A DNA stretch of 12,991 nt from Candidatus Binatia bacterium. Lineage in GTDB: Bacteria; Desulfobacterota; Binatia; Bin18. A program made the position numbers and the translations under genes. Of the stretch, positions 6,159 to 12,991 are shown piece by piece. The notes below the pieces were generated by a model that searched no databases, was not told the origin of the DNA, and saw nothing but the letters and a program-made list of their open reading frames with translations. The stretch is from assembly GCA_963664395.2 (NCBI GenBank), contig CAXXIS010000004.1, forward strand, positions 1 to 12,991, in the 5' to 3' direction. How positions within the stretch are numbered: the first letter of the stretch is position 1; each line of letters starts with the position of its first letter.

Positions 6159-7364
6159 ATGCCGGGTGCCTTATCAGGTTTTCGGATCATTGAATGCGGC
6201 GAGATGGTCTCTGCCGCCTACGCAAGCAAGCTTATGGCCGACATGGGCGCAGAGGTGATTAAAATTGAATCGCCGCAGGGGGGAGACGCGACCCGTCAGC
6301 GCGGGCCGTTTCCAGGCGGAACGCCGCACGCTGAAAAGAGCGGACTGTATCTTTTCCTGAACACCAATAAACGCGGTATCACGCTCGACCTGGAACAGAC
6401 ACAGGGTCAAGCCGTCTTTCAGCGTCTCGTCAAAGACGCGGACCTGCTTATCCATAATATCCATCCCAAGCAGATGTCGGCCGTCGGTTTGGACTATGAC
6501 CAACTGGCGGACATCAACCCTGGCTTGGTCATGACCTCAATTACGCCGTTCGGTTTACAGGGGCCGCACAAAGATTATGAAGCGTCTGACTTGACCCTAT
6601 GGAATGCCGGTGGACTGTGTTTTCTGAACGGTGGGGGGCCGGGCAGCGATCATCTCCCGCCGCTCAAAGCCTTTGGCCAGCAGTCCGGGTTTACGGCTGG
6701 GGTGCATGCCGCGGTTGCGTCGCTGGGCGCGTTGTTTGCCACCCTGCGTGATGGGCTGGGCCAGCACGTTGAGTTCTCTGTCCAGGAGTGCCTGATGGGC
6801 ATATCCGAGTTCGGCACTATGATGGCCTCCTATGCCGGTATGGCGGTGACACGACTCGGGCACAAACCCATCCAACCGCTGGATCTGTTGGAGTGCAAAG
6901 ACGGCTGGATCTTCATTTGCTGCGTGGAGGAGCATCACTGGCACTCGTTTGTTGACCTGATGGACAATCCGGAGTGGGCCGCCGAGCCTATTTTCGGAGA
7001 TCGCCTGAAACGGGGCGAAAGCTGGGACGCACTCAAACTGCTCATTCAAGACTGGGTCAAGGATTTCACGGTCCAGGACTTATACCTCAAGGCGCAGGCG
7101 CGCCGGATTCCGTTTGCGCCAGTCTCAACCATGGGCTATTTGCTGAACTCCGAACATCTCAACGCGCGCGGCTTTTTTGTGCAGCTCGATCATCCTGAAG
7201 CCGGCACGCTGACCTATCCGGGCGCGCCCCATATCTGCTCGGAAACGCCGTGGGAGCTGCGCCGTCCGGCCCCGTGTTTGGGACAGCATAACGCCGAGGT
7301 CTATACCGAACTCGGTATGACCGCCCAGGACCTGACTGCGCTTCAGCGAGCTGGCATTGTCTAG
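6159..7364 (+). CDS. CoA-transferase family III (CaiB/BaiF), subunit lacking the catalytic Asp
   Basis: ADMGAEVIKIESPQGGD, NTNKRGITLDL, SITPFG..GP, GLGQHVEFS and RRPAPCLGQHN motifs; Gly (6687-6689) at the Asp position. Confidence 0.95.
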   Translation: MPGALSGFRIIECGEMVSAAYASKLMADMGAEVIKIESPQGGDATRQRGPFPGGTPHAEKSGLYLFLNTNKRGITLDLEQTQGQAVFQRLVKDADLLIHNIHPKQMSAVGLDYDQLADINPGLVMTSITPFGLQGPHKDYEASDLTLWNAGGLCFLNGGGPGSDHLPPLKAFGQQSGFTAGVHAAVASLGALFATLRDGLGQHVEFSVQECLMGISEFGTMMASYAGMAVTRLGHKPIQPLDLLECKDGWIFICCVEEHHWHSFVDLMDNPEWAAEPIFGDRLKRGESWDALKLLIQDWVKDFTVQDLYLKAQARRIPFAPVSTMGYLLNSEHLNARGFFVQLDHPEAGTLTYPGAPHICSETPWELRRPAPCLGQHNAEVYTELGMTAQDLTALQRAGIV

Positions 7365-7386
7365 GGGAAAGCAAAAGGAGAAGATC

Positions 7387-8601
7387 ATGAGCCGCCCGCC
7401 GTTGGATGGAATCCGCGTTGTTGACTTTTGCTGGGCTTGGGCCGGCCCGTATGGCGCCCTGCAACTGGCCCACCTGGGCGCGGACGTCATTCGGATCGAA
7501 AGTGCCAAACGCTTATGTCCGTCACGCCTTATTCCGCCCTGGCCGGACAACGAATCAGGCGTGAACCGGGCAGGCTATTTTAACCAGTACAACCAGGGCA
7601 AACGCTCACTCACCCTAGACCTGAAAGCCCCGGAAGCCATCGCTATCGCCAAGACGCTGGTCTCAAAGAGTGATATTGTGATGAATAATTTTGCATCTGG
7701 AGTGATGGAAAAACTGGGGGTGGGCTATGACGTACTACGCCACATCAAGCCCGACATCATCATGGTCTCTCTACCGGGCTATGGAACGAGTGGGCCGGAA
7801 AAAGACTTTGTGTCCTATGGTCCGCCGCAGGTCGCCCAAAGCGGCTTGTCGGCCCTGACCGGCTATGTGGGCGGCCCGCCCATGATGGCCGGTTTTTCCT
7901 ACGGAGATCCCAACGGCGGTGTCCATGCCACCTTTGCCGTCATGAGCGCCTTGCTCCACCGTGAAAAAACCGGCCAGGGCCAGTATATCGATCTCTCCCA
8001 GTGGGAGGCGGCAATCATGTTATTGCCTGAAGCGCTCATGGACTACAGCATGAACGGCACCCAACCCGAACGCATGGGCAATCGTGACCCCCACATGGCA
8101 CCCCACGGCGTGTTTCGCTCCAAAGGTGACGACCGCTGGGTCAGCCTGTCGGTCCGGGACGAGACGGAATGGCAGCGCTTGTGTGAGGTCATGGGCCAAC
8201 CCGAGCTCAGTGCGGACGCGCGTTTTGCCACCCTCACCGCGCGGAAGGAAAATGAGGCGGCGTTGGAAGAGATCGTCACGGCCTGGACCCAAGAGCGCAC
8301 GGCGGACGAGACCACCCAGGCGCTACAGAATGTCGGCATTCCCGCCTATCCGTCGCTTGATGCGATCGACATGATCAACAACCCGCATGTTGGCGCGCGG
8401 GACTATTTTGTTGAACTGGAACATCCGGAAGTCGGCACCCGCCGGCATATGGGCATACCCTGGACTATGCCCCGCACACCGTGTGAGGTGCGGCGTCCGG
8501 CGCCCTGCCTGGGCCAGGACACGGATGCCGTGCTGACCGACATAGTCGGCCTGAGTCAGGACGAGATCGCCGGGCTCCGAGCAAAGGATATCCTGACCTA
8601 G
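7387..8601 (+). CDS. CoA-transferase family III (CaiB/BaiF), catalytic Asp present
   Basis: LDGIRVVDF, LGADVIRIES, NQGKRSLTLDL, GYG.SGP, YGDPNGG (Asp codon 7906-7908) and TGQGQYIDLSQ motifs; AGGAG RBS before the ATG at 7387. Confidence 0.96.
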   Translation: MSRPPLDGIRVVDFCWAWAGPYGALQLAHLGADVIRIESAKRLCPSRLIPPWPDNESGVNRAGYFNQYNQGKRSLTLDLKAPEAIAIAKTLVSKSDIVMNNFASGVMEKLGVGYDVLRHIKPDIIMVSLPGYGTSGPEKDFVSYGPPQVAQSGLSALTGYVGGPPMMAGFSYGDPNGGVHATFAVMSALLHREKTGQGQYIDLSQWEAAIMLLPEALMDYSMNGTQPERMGNRDPHMAPHGVFRSKGDDRWVSLSVRDETEWQRLCEVMGQPELSADARFATLTARKENEAALEEIVTAWTQERTADETTQALQNVGIPAYPSLDAIDMINNPHVGARDYFVELEHPEVGTRRHMGIPWTMPRTPCEVRRPAPCLGQDTDAVLTDIVGLSQDEIAGLRAKDILT

Positions 8602-8628
8602 ACCGGCTGCGCGGCGCGTCAGCCGGTC
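8601..8628. terminator. GC-rich hairpin between convergent genes (possible terminator, no U tract)
   Basis: 9-bp stem GACCGGCTG (8601-8609) / CAGCCGGTC (8620-8628). Confidence 0.45.
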
Positions 8629-8639
8629 CATCTGCTGTC

Positions 8640-9749
8640 CTATAATCCGTATAAACGCCGCGCATTCTCATAGGTAATCTTGCGCCTGACCTCGGCTGGA
8701 ATGCCAGCAAAATTTTGCTCCACCACTGCGTGCGAGCGCGGCCAGGTTGAGGCGCGGTGGGGGAAGTCTGACGCCCACATGAGGTTGTCTTCACCGCTCA
8801 GGTCGTAGGTCACAACCCCGGCTCGGTCGTCTTGAAAGGTGGCATAGATCTGCCGTCTGAAATACTCGCTGGGCAGGAGAGTGTTCGGGGTTGGGTCCAC
8901 GTACTTGAGCGTTTCGGACGAGATGTCCAAACGACCCAAATAATGGGCAATCCAGCCGATATCGTTTTCTGCGGAAACCAGCTTCAGCCGGGGAAAGCGT
9001 TCGCATACACCGTTATAAATCAGATCGGTCAGCGAGTTTTGGACTTCGTGAATAATTGACATATTTGAGGCTACCCGGCCCTTTTTGAGCCGGATGTTTT
9101 GCTTGCCGGTCAGAATATGCAGGCTCACCGGCAGGTTCAGATCCTGAGCGGCCGCCCAGAACGCATCAAAATAGGTGTCGCTGTAGGGCACCTCTCGGGG
9201 GGAGGCTGCGTTAATCATGATCCCGCGCAAGCCTTTATTGGCCACGCGTTGCAACTCGCCCACGGCCTGCTCAACATCCTGCATGGCAATCAGCCCCAAA
9301 CCAACAAGGCGCTGGGGGGCGTGACTGGTAAATTCGGCGATCCAATCGTTATAGGCCCGGAAACACGCCCACTGAAGGTTGGCGTCTTTGAGGTGGAAGA
9401 GGAACATGCCAAGAGTCGTATACAGCACCTCTCCCTCGACCCCGTCGATATCCTGATCCTTGAGCCGTTCGACCGGGTCCCAGCCGCTCGGCCGCGCCTG
9501 CTCGTAGCCGACGTTCTGATTGGTCGCCAGATCTTTGGGGTCCTTGCCGGCGGCAAATCCGCCGCCAACGGGAAATGGCATAAGTCCTTCCGCAACAAAG
9601 AAGCTGCCCTTTTTGTCCTGATAGTCTTTGATGACGCGCGGCGCCCGGTCTCGAAAGCCTCGGTCCACCCGTTGTACCCACAAATCCGCAGGCTCTATGG
9701 TGTGCGAGTCGGCAGAAAAAATCGTGCTTGGTATTGAACCTTGTGCCAT
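8640..9749 (-). CDS. Amidohydrolase family protein (Amidohydro_2 type)
   Basis: ADSHTIEP, DQDIDGVEGEVLY, AYNDWIAEF, PVSLH, GVCERFPRLK...EN.IGW, MWASDFPH and ENARRLY motifs; purine-rich RBS. Confidence 0.95.
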   Translation of the reverse strand: MAQGSIPSTIFSADSHTIEPADLWVQRVDRGFRDRAPRVIKDYQDKKGSFFVAEGLMPFPVGGGFAAGKDPKDLATNQNVGYEQARPSGWDPVERLKDQDIDGVEGEVLYTTLGMFLFHLKDANLQWACFRAYNDWIAEFTSHAPQRLVGLGLIAMQDVEQAVGELQRVANKGLRGIMINAASPREVPYSDTYFDAFWAAAQDLNLPVSLHILTGKQNIRLKKGRVASNMSIIHEVQNSLTDLIYNGVCERFPRLKLVSAENDIGWIAHYLGRLDISSETLKYVDPTPNTLLPSEYFRRQIYATFQDDRAGVVTYDLSGEDNLMWASDFPHRASTWPRSHAVVEQNFAGIPAEVRRKITYENARRLYGL

Positions 9750-9775
9750 GTTGTCCCCCTTCCTTTGTGGCTGTG

Positions 9776-9805
9776 ATTATCCTGCGGTTGGCTTGGCAAT
9801 GTCAA
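9776..9805 (-). promoter_or_regulatory. Putative sigma70-type promoter for the amidohydrolase
   Basis: Minus strand TTGACA (9805-9800), N18, GATAAT (9781-9776), about 26 nt upstream of the ATG. Confidence 0.45.
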
Positions 9806-9918
9806 TCCGACCGAACCGTTCAGGGTTTATTCCGTTCGTCCTGTCGAGTGGGGTGTATAGACGCGCGGGCGAGGGGTAGAATCCGACCCTGACTGTATTG
9901 ACAGTGTAGGAGATTCGC

Positions 9919-10896
9919 ATGCGCTACATCGTCTACGGAGCCGGTGGTATCGGTGGGGCCATTGGGGCACGGCTGTTTCAGCACGGGCATGAAGTTATCC
10001 TGATCTGCCGTGGTGAGCACTTACACGCCATCCAATCCACGGGCCTGACATTAAAGACCCCCAAGGAAACCCTCAAACTCACAATCCGTGCGGTCAGCCA
10101 TCCCGAAGAGATCGCATTTACTCCAGATGATGTCGTGTTGCTGACGATGAAGTCCCAGGACACGGAAATGGCGCTGCGCGACCTTGAGCGTACAGGGGGT
10201 CGAGACCTCGCCGTCATCTGCGCGCAGAACGGGGTAGACAATGAACGCATGGCCGTTCGCAGATTTGGGCGTGTCTACGGCATGGTTGTCTGGATGCCGG
10301 CCACCTATTTGGAGCCCGGCCTGGTTCTGAATCATGCCGAGCCCGTTGGCGGTATTCTGGATGCCGGTCGGTATCCCAGCGGGGTTGATCCGCTCATCAC
10401 CCAGGTGACGCAAGATTTGACCACCTGTGGCTTTAGTGCCGCGCCTGACCACAATATTATGCGCTGGAAATACACCAAGCTGCTGAGTAATGTGCGTAAC
10501 GCCTTTCAGGCGGCGTGCGGATTTGAGGCGCGCTCGCAAAAAATTATTCGAGCGCTGCGCGCCGAAGCCCTCGCCTGCTACCAGGCGGCGGGTATTGAGT
10601 TTGTGCCCGAAGATGAATTACAAGCGCGGGTACGATCTCAGATCAAGCTCGCTGATATTGAGGGCCACCCGCGGGCGGGCGGTTCGTCGTGGCAAAGTCT
10701 GATGCGCAGTTTACCTACGATCGAGGCTGACTTTTTGAACGGGGAGATCGTCATGCTGGGTAGACTCCACGGGATTCCCACCCCCTGTAACGCCCTGCTG
10801 CAACACGTTGCCAATCGTATGGCGCGCACCGGCCAACAGCCGGGCAGCATTCCTGTTGAAGACCTGGAACGCCAGCTTGACGAGGCGAGTAGATAG
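9919..10896 (+). CDS. Ketopantoate reductase (ApbA/PanE) family oxidoreductase
   Basis: GAGGIGG Rossmann motif, MKSQD, AQNGV, WKYTKLLSN, SSWQSL and EADFLNGEIV; AGGAG RBS. True PanE activity is not established. Confidence 0.92.
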   Translation: MRYIVYGAGGIGGAIGARLFQHGHEVILICRGEHLHAIQSTGLTLKTPKETLKLTIRAVSHPEEIAFTPDDVVLLTMKSQDTEMALRDLERTGGRDLAVICAQNGVDNERMAVRRFGRVYGMVVWMPATYLEPGLVLNHAEPVGGILDAGRYPSGVDPLITQVTQDLTTCGFSAAPDHNIMRWKYTKLLSNVRNAFQAACGFEARSQKIIRALRAEALACYQAAGIEFVPEDELQARVRSQIKLADIEGHPRAGGSSWQSLMRSLPTIEADFLNGEIVMLGRLHGIPTPCNALLQHVANRMARTGQQPGSIPVEDLERQLDEASR

Positions 10897-10958
10897 GCTT
10901 TCTGTGTCTCTCTTTGGGAGACGTTCTGTCTTTCGGATATATCGGATATAGTAACGCC

Positions 10959-12698
10959 ATGCCGTTTTCGTTTGAGCCGACCCTGCCCGCGTGGATGACG
11001 TTCACCGCTGGTGAGGTCCCCATTGTCTTAGTCGCTCCGCACGGGGGCCGCCGCCCGGCTGACGCCCCGATTATAGACAGTATCAAGGTCAATGATCTGT
11101 ATACGGCCGAGCTCACGCAAGACTTAGCTGGGCAAACCCGCAGCTATGCGCTGATCAACCGCTCGCATGATCGCAATGAGCTGGACTTGAACCGCGTGAG
11201 TCAGGTCAAACACGAGGCACCGTGGTTTCTGCGCGCCCTGGTCGAACTTCTGTCTGCGCTGACGGCCCAGCATGACTCGGTGCGCGTCTTTTTCATTCAT
11301 GGCTGGAACGTGGTGCAGCCCGTGTGCGATGTTGGTATCGGACTCCGCCAACGAGCGGGAAAACTGATGAGAGCTGGCAAAGGGGAGCCGACGCTTGAGG
11401 TGTCTTTCTTTTCTGATGTTATGATCCCTTTTTGTGAAGCAGCGCAGCAACAGAACATTGACGTGGCGATTGGACGGCGCTATGCCGCGGCCGCCCAAAA
11501 TAATTTTATGCAGGTCTTTAGTGCGCGCTTCCTGCACGATGACTCTGCGCAGATACGAACGCTGGCCGAGCTGAGCGTGCAGGGAAAAGTTAACGCCGCC
11601 CAGTTGGAACTTGGCGTGGGCCTGCGTTGGCCCGGACAAGAGCGCGATCGCTTTGTCCACGTCTTTTGTCATACCTTGGGCAACTCTGTGCAGAATGCAG
11701 CCGCGCCCGACCGGGACCGTGACTTTTCTGTTTTTTCTTTCAACCCCCCAGTGAGGGGGGGGGCCGAAGCGGACGAAACACCGTACGATTCTTTGCTGCC
11801 TTGGACGTGGGAACGCGCCCCCACCCGTTTGGCCTTACACTTCCATGACCCGATGAGTGGTTTAGGTGTGATGGGAGGCGTGGAATTTGATCCTGGTGCG
11901 TCTGTCCACGCCGGACGCTTGCTCCTTTCTCTTGGCGGGACTGAGATGGTTCTCTTTACCGGTGAAGATACGAGTGGGCTGGACCGCGGTCACGTTCAGG
12001 TCGGGCAATGTGTGTGGCGGCGGCAGCCGAGTGGACTCTCCATCAACTACCGGGGAACGATAATGCGCTTTGCCCATCCCCAGGCGTTTATTCGGCTCGA
12101 AGATGGATTGGCAGCTTCATGGATAGAGCCGGCTGAAGTAGACCTGCATCTGGTGTTTCCTGCGTTGAGTGCCAGCCGTCCGGCTCTTATTCAGCTCTGC
12201 CAACTCCAGGGAAGCGTGGCCTTTCCGGACCGCGAGTATACGGTCAGCGCCTGGGGCTTTGTTGACGTACTCAGGCCGGATGAAACAGACCGCCTCCTGC
12301 CGCGCCGCTTGTTGTCATTGCCCTTTGGATCTGATCTGGGGATTTTCCTGGCTCGGTCCGAAACTCCTGAAGGGCCGCGTTCTTCCGGCATTGTCTATCA
12401 GAACGGCCGCCCACATCCGCTGGACCCCGTAGACTGGCAGCTCGAATACGCCTTTACGCATGGTCGGCCCACACAATTCTCTGTCGCATTCTCTTCTTCT
12501 GCTCCACTGTCGCTTGAGTGCCAGGGAGAAACCTTGACGGCGATTCCCATTGTACGCCATACACACAAAGGGCCTGCCCTGGCTGTGACATTTGGGCTGT
12601 CCCGAACAGTGTGGCAGGGACGAGAGGCGTATGGTGTCTATGAATTCTCCGAATACCTGAAGGATGCTTCAGCCCGGACCGGGTCAGCCGGACCTTGA
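10959..12698 (+). CDS. Two-domain hypothetical protein: N-formylglutamate amidohydrolase-like (Zn-hydrolase) N-domain plus beta-rich C-domain
   Basis: Long ORF. The N-domain has VLVAPHGG, ND.YT, DLNR, FIHG and AQLE. The C-domain is beta-strand/aromatic rich and ends YGVYEFS. Start uncertain (ATG 10959 preferred over TTG 10914). Confidence 0.7.
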   Translation: MPFSFEPTLPAWMTFTAGEVPIVLVAPHGGRRPADAPIIDSIKVNDLYTAELTQDLAGQTRSYALINRSHDRNELDLNRVSQVKHEAPWFLRALVELLSALTAQHDSVRVFFIHGWNVVQPVCDVGIGLRQRAGKLMRAGKGEPTLEVSFFSDVMIPFCEAAQQQNIDVAIGRRYAAAAQNNFMQVFSARFLHDDSAQIRTLAELSVQGKVNAAQLELGVGLRWPGQERDRFVHVFCHTLGNSVQNAAAPDRDRDFSVFSFNPPVRGGAEADETPYDSLLPWTWERAPTRLALHFHDPMSGLGVMGGVEFDPGASVHAGRLLLSLGGTEMVLFTGEDTSGLDRGHVQVGQCVWRRQPSGLSINYRGTIMRFAHPQAFIRLEDGLAASWIEPAEVDLHLVFPALSASRPALIQLCQLQGSVAFPDREYTVSAWGFVDVLRPDETDRLLPRRLLSLPFGSDLGIFLARSETPEGPRSSGIVYQNGRPHPLDPVDWQLEYAFTHGRPTQFSVAFSSSAPLSLECQGETLTAIPIVRHTHKGPALAVTFGLSRTVWQGREAYGVYEFSEYLKDASARTGSAGP

Positions 12699-12717
12699 TG
12701 CCCCTGGGAGCAATACG

Positions 12718-12991
12718 ATGGAGCAACTCAACTCCTTTATAGATAGCGTCAATGCCTTGGTGTGGGGACCGCCGATGCTGGTTCTGCTGGGCTTCACGGG
12801 CGTTGTCCTGACCCTGGGGCTGGTTTTTATACCTTGGCGAAAAGTTGGCTACGGCTTTCGGCTGCTGTTTGAAAAACACAACCCCGACGGCGAAGGCGAG
12901 GTGAGGCCCTTCAACGCCCTCATGACGGCACTCTCGGCAACGGTCGGAACCGGGAATATTGCCGGTGTCGCGACCGCCATCGCCCTGGGCG
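12718..12991 (+). CDS. Alanine/glycine:cation symporter (AGCS family), 5' part; runs off window and is absent from the ORF track
   Basis: Manual translation MEQLNSFIDSVNALVWGPPMLVLLGFTG...PFNALMTALSATVGTGNIAGVATAIALG contains the AGCS signature VGTGNIAGVATAI; GGGAG RBS. Confidence 0.95.
   Translation, partial: MEQLNSFIDSVNALVWGPPMLVLLGFTGVVLTLGLVFIPWRKVGYGFRLLFEKHNPDGEGEVRPFNALMTALSATVGTGNIAGVATAIALG

Noticed and set aside
9099-9737. Long antisense ORFs (e.g. 9099-9737, 11124-11672, 10051-10539, 8-475)
   Set aside because: Shadow ORFs opposite well-supported genes in GC-rich DNA, with no recognisable motifs.

Overview
GC-rich bacterial chromosomal window. The gene mix (several family III CoA-transferases, Amidohydro_2, DUF4911) suggests a deltaproteobacterial/Binatia-like organism; this is inference only. 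The backbone holds a partial CaiB/BaiF CoA-transferase with an apparent 1-nt frameshift, an HDAC-family deacetylase, tatB-tatC, a DUF4911-like gene, a tandem CoA-transferase pair, an amidohydrolase, a ketopantoate reductase-family gene, a two-domain hypothetical protein and the 5' part of an alanine/glycine:cation symporter. Two accessory islets interrupt it. Islet 1 (603-1930) holds an HNH nuclease, a PIN toxin with a small partner gene, an orphan YgiT-type zinc finger and an attC-like half site. Islet 2 (4114-5750) holds a HigB/Gp49-like toxin remnant, two convergent orphan XRE/HigA-like genes and the most notable item: a Cas4-like PD-(D/E)xK nuclease with no CRISPR context in the window, split over two coupled genes. 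Each half has its own membrane anchor, and the four putative Fe-S cysteines are divided 1+3 between the two polypeptides. A perfect 27-bp palindrome covers the predicted promoter of the CoA-transferase pair. No CRISPR array, tRNA, rRNA, integrase or transposase was seen.
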